Both the position numbers and the translations under genes were made by a program. From the NCBI GenBank assembly GCA_036489755.1, contig DASXFD010000009.1, positions 16,304-80,303 on the forward strand: a stretch of 64,000 nt of DNA, read 5' to 3'. Below are positions 9,729 to 19,388 of this stretch, piece after piece; the stretch's first letter is position 1, and every line of letters starts with the position of its first letter. Under the pieces are notes generated by a model. The model did no database searches. It saw nothing but the letters and a program-made list of their open reading frames with translations, and was not told where the DNA came from. Source of the DNA: Kofleriaceae bacterium. GTDB lineage: Bacteria; Myxococcota_A; Polyangia; Haliangiales; Haliangiaceae.

Positions 9729-10454
9729 CTAGCGCGGGACCACGCACGCCGACAACTCGTGGCGCGGCGTGTGACAGCTGGCGCAGGTCTCGAGCAGGTG
9801 CGCGTATGCGACGCCGCGCCGATCGAGATCGGGCAACGTCGCGAGATCCGCGCGCGCGACGCCTTGTAAATGCGACTCGATTGCAGTACCGGGCGGCGGC
9901 GTTTCCGCGAGCGCGGTGAGCCCGTCGCGCCACGGCGAGTCGGCGGGCAGCACGAGCCCCTCGCGCACGCGGTCGATCGCCCAGCGATGCGTCGCGGCGG
10001 TCCCGCCCTCGGGCTTTTTGATCGCGCTCGGCTCGGGCAATTGCTTCGCGTCGACGTGGCAGCGCGCGCATGCGACGGCGAGCCGAGCTTCGCTGCGGAT
10101 CGCCGCGTCGAGGCACGGCGCGGTGACGAGGTCGAGCGCCGCGGCCTCGACGTACGCCGCGCCGAACGGGCGGCGCGCCATCGACGCGTCGGGCGGCCCG
10201 GTGAACAAGAACGCGAGCGTCTGCGCATCGCGGAGCTTGCCGGAGATCAGATCGCGCTCGATCATCGCGAGATCGTCGAGATGGAGCGCGTGCGCCCGCT
10301 CCGGAGGCGTCGGCTCGATCGCGACCGGATGGACGGGCATTTCGTGCATCTGCTGCCACCAGCGATCGCGCGTCACGTCGACGGGCGCCGGCGGATCGCA
10401 CGCGGCCATCGCGATCGCGAGCACGAGCCATCGCATGCGCGCTCCCAGTTGCAT
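9729..10454 (-). CDS. Dihaem c-type cytochrome lipoprotein
   Basis: Two CxxCH haem-binding motifs (CARCH, CASCH). Signal peptide with lipobox (LAIAMAAC). An alternative ATG is at 10436. Confidence 0.75.
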   Translation of the reverse strand: MQLGARMRWLVLAIAMAACDPPAPVDVTRDRWWQQMHEMPVHPVAIEPTPPERAHALHLDDLAMIERDLISGKLRDAQTLAFLFTGPPDASMARRPFGAAYVEAAALDLVTAPCLDAAIRSEARLAVACARCHVDAKQLPEPSAIKKPEGGTAATHRWAIDRVREGLVLPADSPWRDGLTALAETPPPGTAIESHLQGVARADLATLPDLDRRGVAYAHLLETCASCHTPRHELSACVVPR

Positions 10455-10498
10455 CGCGCGTACCGTACGAGCTGGCGCGTACGCGGTAGGCTGCGCGT

Positions 10499-10969
10499 AT
10501 GGAGCGCTCGCTACAAGAGATCTACGCGCCGTCGAACCACTGCTTCGGCTGCGGGCCCGCCAACGACAAGGGCCTGCGGATCCGCAGCGTGCCGCTCGGC
10601 GACGCCGCCGACGCGCACGTGATCTGCGACTTCGTGCCCGAGAAGCATCACGAGGCGTTCGACAACGTCGTCAACGGCGGGATCATCGGCACGGTCCTCG
10701 ACTGCCACATGAACTGGACCGCGATCCACTACTTCATCGCGAAGCAGGGCCTCGATCACGCGCCCGCGTGCGTCACGTCGGAGTTCAAGGTCGCGCTCAA
10801 GCGGCCGACGCCGCTCGGGCCGATTCACATCGACGCGTACGTCGTATCGGCGACCGAGGATCGCGCGAACGTCGAGGCCGTGATGACCGCCGGCGGCAAG
10901 GTCACCGCGATCGGTACCGGCACGTTCGTCGCGGTCAAGCCGGATCATCCAGCGTATCACCGCTGGTAG
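10499..10969 (+). CDS. PaaI-family (hotdog fold) thioesterase
   Basis: 156 aa. The N-terminal CFGCGPANDKGLRI followed by NGGIIGTVLDCHMNW is typical of PaaI/4HBT-like thioesterases. Confidence 0.75.
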   Translation: MERSLQEIYAPSNHCFGCGPANDKGLRIRSVPLGDAADAHVICDFVPEKHHEAFDNVVNGGIIGTVLDCHMNWTAIHYFIAKQGLDHAPACVTSEFKVALKRPTPLGPIHIDAYVVSATEDRANVEAVMTAGGKVTAIGTGTFVAVKPDHPAYHRW

Positions 10970-12767
10970 CGTGTGGCGCGTGGTTCGCGCGCTGGCGCGC
11001 CGGCCCGTGTGGCTCGCAGAGGTTCCGCGCGCTGTTGATCATCGCGACGTGCGAGAACGCCTGCGGGAAGTTGCCGACCATTCGTTTGCTGCGCGGGTCG
11101 TACTCCTCGGACAACAGGCCCACGTCGTTGCGTAGCGCGAGCAAGCGATCGAACATCCCGCGCGCCTCGTCTTGGCGGCCGATCAGCACGAGTGCGTCGC
11201 ACAGCCAGAACGAGCACGCGAAGAACGCACCTTCGCGGCCCGGCATGCCGTCGATGTTGGCGTGGTCATCGGTCCGGTAGCGAAACACGAGCCCGTCGAC
11301 GACGAGCTCGCGCTGGATCGCTTCGATCGTGCCGACGAGGCGCGGGTCATCCGGCGGCAAGAAGCCGACGACCGGCATCAAGAGCAGGCTCGCGTCGAGC
11401 TTCTTGGAGCCGTACGCCTGCGTGAACGCGTTGCGATCCGCGTCGTACGAAAAGCGGCAGACGTCGGCGTGGACCTTGTCGCGGATCTGGCGCCAGCGAT
11501 CGAGCGGGCCGTGCGCGCCGAACCGCTCGACCGTCTTGACCGCGCGATCAAACGCGGCCCACACCATCACCTTCGAGTACGTGAACTGCTGGCGGCCGCC
11601 GCGCACTTCCCACATTCCCTCGTCGGGCTGGTCCCACGCCTTCTCGAGCCACTCGAGACATTTGCTCTCGAGCGACCACGTATCTTTCATCGCGCCGAGC
11701 TGCGCCGTGCGCGCCTGGAACAGCATGTCGATCACTTCGCCGTAGACGTCGAGTTGCAGCTGATTGACGGCCGCGTTGCCGATCCGGACCGGCTTGGATC
11801 CCTCGTAGCCGGGCAACCACTCGAGCTCGCGCTCGTCGATGCGGCGCGAGCCGTTGACCGCGTACATGATCTGCAGCTTCGCCGGGTCGCCCGCGACGGC
11901 GCGAAACAGCCAGTCGCGCCACTCTTTCGCTTCGTCGCGAAACCCCGAGTGCAACATCGCCTGCAGCGTGAACGTCGCGTCGCGCAGCCAGCAGTAGCGA
12001 TAGTCCCAGTTCCGTACGCCGCCGAGGATCTCGGGCAGCGACGTCGTGCCCGCGGCCACGATGCCGCCCGACGGCGCATACGTCAGCGCCTTGAGCGTGA
12101 GCAGCGAGCGAATGATCGCTTCGCGGTACGGACCGCGCGCGTGAATGCGCGAGCTCCACGCCTTCCACCAGCGCTCGGTGTTGGTCAGCGCCGCCTCGGG
12201 ATCCGGCGGCGCCGGCAACGGCTCGTACGAGCTGTGCCACGTCAGCGAGAACGGCACGCGATCGCCGGGCTCGATGACGAACTCGGCGACGGTCGTGAAC
12301 CCTTTGCCGGTGAGCGGCACCGGCGTGGCGAGCGCGAGCGCGTCGGGGCCGGCGACCGCGTGAAACCTGCCGCCGACCTTGCGCACCCACGGCATGACGC
12401 AGCCGTAGTCGTAGCGGACGATGAGCTCCATCTTCATCGGCACGCGGCCGCTGACGCCCTCGACGATGCGCACCATATCCGGCCGCTCGGCGCGGATCGG
12501 CATGAAGTCGATCAGCCGCACCGTGCCGTCTTCGGTGTCGAGCTCTTGTTCGAGGATGAGCGTGTCGCCGCGATACTGCCGGCGCGACGCGGTGATCTTG
12601 CCCTGCGGCGTGATCAGCCAACGTCCGTGGTCGGGCTCGCCGAGCAGCGACGCGAAGCACGCCCCCGAGTCGAAGCGGGGCAGACACAACCAGTCGACCG
12701 AGCCGTCGCGCCCGATCAACGCGATGGTCTGCGTGTCTCCCACGATCGCGTAATCTTCGATGCGCAC
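10935..12767 (-). CDS. Glycoside hydrolase family 15 (glucoamylase/trehalase-like)
   Basis: GTG start at 12767 gives VRIEDYAIVGDTQTIALIGRDGSVDWLCLPRFDS, the canonical GH15 N-terminus. 610 aa. The upstream part of ORF 10935..13487 is discarded. Confidence 0.9.
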   Translation of the reverse strand: MRIEDYAIVGDTQTIALIGRDGSVDWLCLPRFDSGACFASLLGEPDHGRWLITPQGKITASRRQYRGDTLILEQELDTEDGTVRLIDFMPIRAERPDMVRIVEGVSGRVPMKMELIVRYDYGCVMPWVRKVGGRFHAVAGPDALALATPVPLTGKGFTTVAEFVIEPGDRVPFSLTWHSSYEPLPAPPDPEAALTNTERWWKAWSSRIHARGPYREAIIRSLLTLKALTYAPSGGIVAAGTTSLPEILGGVRNWDYRYCWLRDATFTLQAMLHSGFRDEAKEWRDWLFRAVAGDPAKLQIMYAVNGSRRIDERELEWLPGYEGSKPVRIGNAAVNQLQLDVYGEVIDMLFQARTAQLGAMKDTWSLESKCLEWLEKAWDQPDEGMWEVRGGRQQFTYSKVMVWAAFDRAVKTVERFGAHGPLDRWRQIRDKVHADVCRFSYDADRNAFTQAYGSKKLDASLLLMPVVGFLPPDDPRLVGTIEAIQRELVVDGLVFRYRTDDHANIDGMPGREGAFFACSFWLCDALVLIGRQDEARGMFDRLLALRNDVGLLSEEYDPRSKRMVGNFPQAFSHVAMINSARNLCEPHGPARQRANHAPHATSGDTLDDPA

Positions 12768-12929
12768 CAGACAAACCCTGATGCAGCGATCGGACCAGGT
12801 TTGGAGCCCCGGCGAGCCATCGCGCGCGGCCGCCTCCGTGCTGCAGAGCGCATGGTCGTGGATCCGCACGTATGATGGCGCCGTGCATCCAATCGGCGGT
12901 GCGCGGCGAAGACGGTACGGAGGCAACGC

Positions 12930-13370
12930 ATGTTCGAACGGCTGTGCAGCGCGATCGTCGCCATGGGGCTCGTGGCGTGTGGCGCGAGCTCCAAACCCCC
13001 GCCGGCGCCCGATCACCGCTCGCTGTTCGAGCGGCTCGGCGGCCAGCCCGCGATCAACGCGGTCGTCCACGAATTCGTGCTGACCACGAAGGCCGATCCG
13101 CGGATCAGCCAGTTCTTCCTCAACACCGATCCCGTCAAGCTCGAGCGGTCGATGGACGATCACGTGTGCTCGATCACCGGCGGCGGCTGCACGTATCGCG
13201 GCAAGTCGATGCGCGACGCGCACACGACCATGAAGATCAGCGACGTCGACTTCGCCGCGTTCATGGACGATCTGCGACAGGTGCTCGTCAAGCTCGAGGT
13301 GCCCGAGCGCGAGGGCAGAGAAGTGCTCGCCGCGTTCGATGGCATGAAGGCCGACGTCGTCGGACATTGA
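12930..13370 (+). CDS. Group I truncated haemoglobin with lipoprotein signal peptide
   Basis: FERLGGQPAINAVV...ISQFF...GGGCTYRGKSMRDAHTTMKISDVDF matches the trHb 2-on-2 globin pattern, including the proximal His. The N-terminus MFERLCSAIVAMGLVAC carries a lipobox. Confidence 0.8.
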   Translation: MFERLCSAIVAMGLVACGASSKPPPAPDHRSLFERLGGQPAINAVVHEFVLTTKADPRISQFFLNTDPVKLERSMDDHVCSITGGGCTYRGKSMRDAHTTMKISDVDFAAFMDDLRQVLVKLEVPEREGREVLAAFDGMKADVVGH

Positions 13371-13371
13371 C

Positions 13372-14730
13372 GTGGCGCGCGCGGTCGTCGTGCTCGGGAT
13401 GCATCGCAGCGGCACGAGCTGCCTCGCCGGCATGCTCGCGGCGGCGGGCGTCGCGTCGGCGGGGCGCGCGATCCGCAACTGGGACAACGCGCGCGGCCAC
13501 TACGAGATGCTCGAGCTGGTTCGGCTCGACGAGCGCGTGCTCGCGCACAGCGGCGCGCATTGGCTCGCGGCGCCGCGCGAGCTGCGGTGGACCGACGACG
13601 ACGCCGCCGAGCGCGATCGCCTGCTGCGCGCGCGCGTCGACGACCTGCCGGCGCTGCTCAAGGATCCGCGCATGCTGCTCGCGCTGCCGTTCTGGCGCGC
13701 GTCGACCGTGCCGTTCGCCGCGATCGGCATCGTGCGCCATCCACTCGCCGTCGCGCGCTCGCTCGAGAGCTGGCGCGGAATGCCGCTCGCCGACGGCATC
13801 GCGCTGTGGCTCGCCCACAACCGCGCGCTCGCGGAGGATCGGCGCGGCGTGCCGGTGATCGACTTCGACGCGTCACCGGCCGAGCTCGTCGACGCGGTCG
13901 CGCGCGCGTGTGCGGCGGTCGTCGATGGGCCGGTCGATCGGGCCGCGCTCGCGAGCGCGTACGAGGACCGGCTCGTGCATCACGACATCGGCGACGCGCC
14001 GAACGTCGCCGGGCTCGACGAAGCGCTCGCGCTGTATCGCGCGCTCGTCGGATCCGTCGTGCGACCGGCGCGTGCGGCGTTCCCACGCGAGGCGGTCGCC
14101 GAAGTCGCGCGCCGGTTGATCGAGTCGGCCGCCACCGCCCTCGAGCCGGCTCGTGCGGCGCTCGCGAGCGCGGTCGACGCGCCGGCGGTGCTCGTGCCGT
14201 TGGTCGCGGCATTTTCGCGGCGGCGCGCGTACGCCGAAGCGCGCGCGTTGATCGCCGAGCACGCGGCGCGGCTCGATGCCGGGCTCGCCGATCTGTTGCT
14301 CGGTAAGGTCGCGCTCGCGGCAGGCGACGGCGCGAGTGCCGCTCGGCATCTCGAGGCTGCGTGTGCGGTCGCGCAGCCGTTGTTCCAGGCGCGCCACCTG
14401 TTGCCACACGCATTACGCGCGGCGGGCCGGCTCGCCGAAGCGCGCGCGGCACTCGAGGCCGTCGCGGGCGAGGCGCTGTATCCGCACGGCGCGCTGTCGA
14501 CGCTTGCCGAGTGGAGCTGGCTCGACGGCGATCGCGGCGGCGCGCTCGCGCAGATGCAGCGCGCGATCGACGCGGCACCGTTGCACCGCCGAGGCCGGCT
14601 GCGCACGCGGCGCGCCGAATGGCTGGTCGCGACCGGCGACCGCGCTGAAGCTCGCCGCGAGCTCGTGTGCGCGACCGACGAGGATCCGGGCTACATGCGC
14701 AGCCGCGAGCTGCTCGCCTCGCTCGCCTGA
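13372..14730 (+). CDS. Sulfotransferase-family protein with C-terminal TPR-like region
   Basis: GTG start. VVLGMHRSGTSCLAG resembles the 5'-PSB loop of sulfotransferases. The C-terminal 200 aa are Ala/Leu-rich helical repeats. Confidence 0.65.
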   Translation: MARAVVVLGMHRSGTSCLAGMLAAAGVASAGRAIRNWDNARGHYEMLELVRLDERVLAHSGAHWLAAPRELRWTDDDAAERDRLLRARVDDLPALLKDPRMLLALPFWRASTVPFAAIGIVRHPLAVARSLESWRGMPLADGIALWLAHNRALAEDRRGVPVIDFDASPAELVDAVARACAAVVDGPVDRAALASAYEDRLVHHDIGDAPNVAGLDEALALYRALVGSVVRPARAAFPREAVAEVARRLIESAATALEPARAALASAVDAPAVLVPLVAAFSRRRAYAEARALIAEHAARLDAGLADLLLGKVALAAGDGASAARHLEAACAVAQPLFQARHLLPHALRAAGRLAEARAALEAVAGEALYPHGALSTLAEWSWLDGDRGGALAQMQRAIDAAPLHRRGRLRTRRAEWLVATGDRAEARRELVCATDEDPGYMRSRELLASLA

Positions 14731-15305
14731 CGACGGCGCCGCACGAGCACGAGCGCTGCGAGCCCGATCCACAGCGGCGCGCCGCCGCTCGTGTTGCAAC
14801 CGGCCGGATCGTCGTCGCCAACGGCGCCGCTGCCGTTGTCGTCGACGGGGCAGGTATCGCACGCGATCCCGGCGTCGAACTCGGTCGGCCAGTCGATCAC
14901 CGGGCACGCGGCCGCCGCGTCGATCACGAACGTGAGCGTGCCTAAGCTGCCGCCGTTGGAGCCGCCGATGGCGACGACGACCTGGTCGCCGGGCTCGAGC
15001 GGTGTCACGTCGACCTCGTAGCGATCGAACGTCGCGCTGACTTGTTCGGGATCGCACGTGCAGCTGTCCACGTCCTTGGCGCCGTCGATCGGCTCGGTGT
15101 CGGAGCCGTCGAACATCAGCGTGGCATCGTTCGGCACGGCCGCCGAGCCGCGCGACACCGACACTGCGATGTCGTTCGACCCGAGCTCGCCGTCGATGAC
15201 GAACGGCAGCGGGCAGCCGGCTGGCACCGAGTCGGTGGCCGCGCAGGCCGCGTCGACCCACGGCGCCGGGTCGTAGTAACTGCCGTAAAACGTGCAGGCG
15301 GACAT
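14691..15305 (-). CDS. MYXO-CTERM-anchored exported protein; N-terminal signal not found
   Basis: The C-terminus GCNTSGGAPLWIGLAALVLVRRRR matches the MYXO-CTERM sorting tail (Cys, hydrophobic helix, Arg cluster). The ORF begins MSACTFYG with no signal peptide. Confidence 0.65.
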   Translation of the reverse strand: MSACTFYGSYYDPAPWVDAACAATDSVPAGCPLPFVIDGELGSNDIAVSVSRGSAAVPNDATLMFDGSDTEPIDGAKDVDSCTCDPEQVSATFDRYEVDVTPLEPGDQVVVAIGGSNGGSLGTLTFVIDAAAACPVIDWPTEFDAGIACDTCPVDDNGSGAVGDDDPAGCNTSGGAPLWIGLAALVLVRRRRQASEASSSRLRM

Positions 15306-15407
15306 GGCGACGGCGACTTCACCGCTCGCGCCACCACGGCCATCGTGATCGCGGCCACTTGCGGTGGCGCGAACCCAGCTCGCCGCGTCGATCGCGACAC
15401 GCGTGTC

Positions 15408-16598
15408 CTAGTGGGCGATCGCGACCTCGGCGACGAGCGCGGCGATCGCCATCGCGCCCACCAGGCACGCGAACGCGATGATCGCGATCGACAAGCTCGA
15501 CGCGGCGCCGAGCAGCCCCACGCCGATCACGGGAATCGAGATCGCCAGGTAGCAGGCGATCACGAACGCGGACACGACCTCGCTGCGCCGATCCTTCGGC
15601 GCGATCTCGTTCACGAGCTGGAGGCACGCGCGGTAGCCGAAGCCGCCGGCCGCGCCGGTGACGGCGGTCGCGATCACGAGCAGCGCCATCGATCGCGCCA
15701 GCTGCGCCGCGACGAGCAACGCGAGGCCCGGCACGAGCGACGCGAGCGCGACCACGAGCCAGCGCCGCACGTCGAGCTTGCGCACGACGGCGACCGCGAT
15801 CGTGCCGACGATATATGCCTCGCCGACGATCGCGCCCGCGATCGCGACGTTGTCGACGTGCAACACCTTCGACATCAGGCTCGGCACGATCGCGCCGTAG
15901 AAGCCGAGCACCGCGAAGATCGCGAACGCGCCGAGCGCGGCCGGCAGGAACTGCCTGCGGATCTCGCGCGGGACGCCGAGCCGCGGTGCGAGTGACAGCT
16001 CGCGCCAGCCCTTGCGATCGCGAAGCGTCTCGGGCGCTCGCCACACCAGCACGGCGAGCGGCGCGAGCAGCACCACGAACGCGACGTAGCTGAGCCCGCG
16101 TGGCCACGGTGCCCAGCGCGCGAGACAGCCGCCGATGATCGGCCCGATGCCCAACCCGAACAGGTTGCCGACGATCGCGAGCCGGGCCGCGGTCGAGGCG
16201 TCGCCGCGCGGATCGAGCTCGAGCAGCCACGCCGTGGTCGCGCCGGTGACGAGCGCGATCGAGACGCCGCTCACGATCCGCGCCGCGAACAGCCACGGCG
16301 TGCTCGTCGCGAGCATGAACAGCACCGCCGCGATCACGCCGATGACCGCCGATGACACCACGACGACGCGCCGGCCGATCTGGTCCGAGAGCCGGCCCAG
16401 GAAGAACATCACGGCGATCGAGCCGACCACGTACACCGAGAAGATGATCGTGATCATCAGCTCGGAGAGCCCGAACGCTCGGCGATACAGCGCGTAGAGC
16501 GGTGTCGGCAGATTACTCAGCACGTAGATCGCGGCGAGGTGCAGCACCGCGATCCAGCGAGCGCGTCTCGGCGACATGACGAGCGGAGATGCACGCAT
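15408..16598 (-). CDS. MFS transporter
   Basis: 396 aa with 12 hydrophobic segments. GRLSDQIGRR is the MFS loop 2-3 motif. Confidence 0.9.
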   Translation of the reverse strand: MRASPLVMSPRRARWIAVLHLAAIYVLSNLPTPLYALYRRAFGLSELMITIIFSVYVVGSIAVMFFLGRLSDQIGRRVVVVSSAVIGVIAAVLFMLATSTPWLFAARIVSGVSIALVTGATTAWLLELDPRGDASTAARLAIVGNLFGLGIGPIIGGCLARWAPWPRGLSYVAFVVLLAPLAVLVWRAPETLRDRKGWRELSLAPRLGVPREIRRQFLPAALGAFAIFAVLGFYGAIVPSLMSKVLHVDNVAIAGAIVGEAYIVGTIAVAVVRKLDVRRWLVVALASLVPGLALLVAAQLARSMALLVIATAVTGAAGGFGYRACLQLVNEIAPKDRRSEVVSAFVIACYLAISIPVIGVGLLGAASSLSIAIIAFACLVGAMAIAALVAEVAIAH

Positions 16599-17077
16599 TG
16601 TGCACGCTCGTTGCAGGCTTGCCGATCATGTCGATCGAAGTCACCTCCGCTGCGTTCGCGGCGGATTCCGCAATCCCGCTCGAGTTCACGTGCGAGGGCG
16701 ACGATGTCTCGCCACCGCTCGCCTGGTCGCGCGTGCGCGATGGCGCGCAGAGCATCGCGATCCTCGTGGAAGACCCGGATGCGCCGAACCATCCGTTCAC
16801 GCACTGGTTGATCACCGATCTGCCGGCGACCACCACGTCATTGCCTCGCGGCGCCGCACCGCCGCGGGGCGCGAGCGAGGCGACGAACGATCGAGGCAAG
16901 CGCGGATACGCTGGACCGTGCCCGCCGAGCGGCACGCATCATTATCACTTTCACGTCTACGCGCTCGACACGACGATCGGTTGCCCGTCGAGCAAAGCCG
17001 AGTTCTTGTCGAAGATTCGCGATCACGTGGTCGATGAGGGCGAGCTCGTCGCGACGTACGCGAAACATCGAGCGTGA
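16589..17077 (+). CDS. YbhB/YbcL family PEBP (Raf kinase inhibitor-like) protein
   Basis: DAPNHPFTHWLI and GPCPPSGTHHYHFHVYALD are the PEBP signature motifs. Confidence 0.9.
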   Translation: MHALCTLVAGLPIMSIEVTSAAFAADSAIPLEFTCEGDDVSPPLAWSRVRDGAQSIAILVEDPDAPNHPFTHWLITDLPATTTSLPRGAAPPRGASEATNDRGKRGYAGPCPPSGTHHYHFHVYALDTTIGCPSSKAEFLSKIRDHVVDEGELVATYAKHRA

Positions 17078-17101
17078 CGCGGCGTTCGTGATGTGATCGA
17101 G

Positions 17102-17842
17102 TCAGCGCTGCCAGCTGAGCATCACGCCGGTCGGCGACAGCTGCACCGCGACGCGGCTCGCGCGATGACGGTCGTGGATCTCCCACACGATGCCGGCGAT
17201 CGCGGCCGCGCCGCCGACCGCGAACAAGACGTTCGCCGCGATCGCATCGTGCTGCGCTCGGTTCTGCAGCGACTCGGCCGCGGCGGCGCTCGGCGAATTC
17301 ACCGCGTCGTCGTGGCGCTGCGACGCGAGGTACGCGAACGCGCCGCCGGTGCCGGCGAGCGCGATACCGGCGCCGAGCGTCACCCACGGCAGGGCGCCGG
17401 TCGATTCGGGTCGCGACACGCGATCGATCGGCATCGGCGCGGCCGCGGGCGCCATGGTGACCGGCGGCGCGACCGGCACGGGTGGCGGTGGCTTCGCGGG
17501 CTCGGCCGGCAGCTGCGCTTTCAACGCGGCGATGCGCTGCTCGATCTCGCCGCGGTCGGCGACGTCCTTCGCGTCGGCGAGGTACTGCTGGTAAGCGTCG
17601 ATCGCGCCCTTCGCATCGCCGAGCTTCTCGAGCGAGCGGCCGAGGTTGTAGAGCAAGTTCGGCTGCGGATAGAGCTCGTAGGCTTGGCGCAATAGCGCGA
17701 CCGCGACCTCGAGCTCGCCGCGTTTGTAATGCTCGGCGCTCTGAGCCGCGAGCTCGGCGGCGCGCCGCTTGTCGGCGGCAGACGGGTCGGCGGCGGCCAC
17801 CGACGAGACGGCCAGCAGCCCCACGAGAGCCGCGCGCAGCAT
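17102..17842 (-). CDS. Secreted TPR-repeat protein with C-terminal TM helix
   Basis: Signal peptide MLRAALVGLLAVSSVAAA, one or two TPR units (YNLGRSLEKLGDAKGAIDAYQQYL), a Pro-rich linker and a C-terminal hydrophobic helix. Confidence 0.75.
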   Translation of the reverse strand: MLRAALVGLLAVSSVAAADPSAADKRRAAELAAQSAEHYKRGELEVAVALLRQAYELYPQPNLLYNLGRSLEKLGDAKGAIDAYQQYLADAKDVADRGEIEQRIAALKAQLPAEPAKPPPPVPVAPPVTMAPAAAPMPIDRVSRPESTGALPWVTLGAGIALAGTGGAFAYLASQRHDDAVNSPSAAAAESLQNRAQHDAIAANVLFAVGGAAAIAGIVWEIHDRHRASRVAVQLSPTGVMLSWQR

Positions 17843-17861
17843 GGTGTATAATCAATCTAGC

Positions 17862-19388
17862 ATGGTCGAGGCTGTCCCGATGACGGCGTTGCCAGCGTCG
17901 ATCGGGCGCTACACCGTGCTGGGCCTGCTCGCGACCGGCGGCATGGCCGAGATCTTTCTCGGCAAGGCACCGGGCGGCGCGCCGGTCGTGATCAAGCGAG
18001 TGCTGCCTCACCTCGCGCGCCAGCCCGCGTTCGTCGCGATGTTCGTCGACGAGGCGCGGCTCAGCTCGCTGCTGCATCACGCGAACATCGTCGAGGTGCA
18101 CGAGCTCGGGCAGGTCGGCTTCGACCTGTTCATGGTGATGGAGTACCTCGAAGGCGAGAGCGTCGCGGGCGTGATGCGCCGCTCGGCACATCGCAGCTAT
18201 CACCTGCCGCTCGCGCTCGCCGCGCACGTGATCGCCGAGGCGTGTGATGGTCTGTCGGCGGCCCACGAGCTCTGCGACGACGACGGCAAGCCGCTCGGGC
18301 TCGTCCATCGCGACATCTCGCCGTCGAACATCTTCGTCACGTATGCCGGCAACGTCAAAGTGCTCGACTTCGGCATCGCCACCGCCGAGCACCGTCTCAC
18401 GCAAACCGCGACGGGGCAGGTCAAGGGCAAGTTCTCGTACATGTCGCCGGAGCAGTGCCGCGGCGAGTCGCTCGACCTGCGTTCGGATATTTTTTCGCTC
18501 GGCGTCGTGTTGTACGAGCTGACCACGCGGCGCCGCCTGTTCAAGCGGGCGAACGAGCTGATGGTGCTCCGCGCGGTCACCGAAGAAGCGATCGCGCCGC
18601 CGCGTACGATCGTGCGCGACTATCCGCGCGAGCTCGAGCGCGTCGTCATGCGCGCGCTCGATCGCGATCCGAAGAATCGCCACGCCTCGGCACGCGAGCT
18701 GCGCGACGAGCTGCGCGCGGCCATCGCGCCACTCGGCCACGAGCCAATGGGGCTCGCGGCACACATGAGCGAGCTGTTCGTCGATCGCATCGCGCAGAAG
18801 CAGCGCATGCTGCGCGACGCGCGCCACGGCATGCCGCTCGATGCCGTGCCGTCGGCGGAGATCGACGAGACCAGCAACGGTCAAGGTCATGCCGCGCCGT
18901 CGTCGGCGGCATCGCGCCCGCGGCGCCGGCGGTGGGTCATTCCGGTGACCGCGATCGTGCTCGCGGCGAGCGGCATCGCGGCGTGGCAGCTCGCGACGCG
19001 CGCGCCCGACGTGCCGGGCGAGCCGGCGATCGTCGCGGCGAGCCCGCCGGTGCCCGCCGCGCCCGCGACCTTCTCGGTCGTGCTCGGCAGCACGCCGCCC
19101 GGTGCGACGCTCGAGCTCGACGGCGCGCGCGTCGGCGTCACGCCGTACACACTGAACCTGAGCGCGCGCCGCGACGTCGATGTCCACCTCGCGCTCGATG
19201 GCTACGCGACCGTCGATCAGAGGCTCGTGCTCGATCACGCGCAGGAAGTGCTCGTGCCGCTCGTCGCACTGCCGACCGTGCCCACCGCTGCAGCCGTCGC
19301 CGCACCCGTGGCGCCGCCGAAACCGGTCGCGCACCCCAAGCGCCCGCATCCGAAGCCGAGCGATCCGTTCCGTCGCTTCGACGACTAG
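17862..19388 (+). CDS. Ser/Thr protein kinase with C-terminal PEGA domain
   Basis: ATG at 17862. GLLATGGMAEIFLG (P-loop), VIKRV (VAIK-like), HRDISPSN (catalytic loop), DFGIA, SYMSPE. C-terminal PPGATLELDGARVGVTP is PEGA-like. Confidence 0.9.
   Translation: MVEAVPMTALPASIGRYTVLGLLATGGMAEIFLGKAPGGAPVVIKRVLPHLARQPAFVAMFVDEARLSSLLHHANIVEVHELGQVGFDLFMVMEYLEGESVAGVMRRSAHRSYHLPLALAAHVIAEACDGLSAAHELCDDDGKPLGLVHRDISPSNIFVTYAGNVKVLDFGIATAEHRLTQTATGQVKGKFSYMSPEQCRGESLDLRSDIFSLGVVLYELTTRRRLFKRANELMVLRAVTEEAIAPPRTIVRDYPRELERVVMRALDRDPKNRHASARELRDELRAAIAPLGHEPMGLAAHMSELFVDRIAQKQRMLRDARHGMPLDAVPSAEIDETSNGQGHAAPSSAASRPRRRRWVIPVTAIVLAASGIAAWQLATRAPDVPGEPAIVAASPPVPAAPATFSVVLGSTPPGATLELDGARVGVTPYTLNLSARRDVDVHLALDGYATVDQRLVLDHAQEVLVPLVALPTVPTAAAVAAPVAPPKPVAHPKRPHPKPSDPFRRFDD

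Noticed and set aside
6051-10431. Long Arg-rich ORFs 6051..7781 (-) and 8767..10431 (-), among others
   Set aside because: Their composition is dominated by R/A/D/G. They overlap motif-bearing genes (GNAT, patatin, ZIP, cytochrome c) in other frames or on the other strand.
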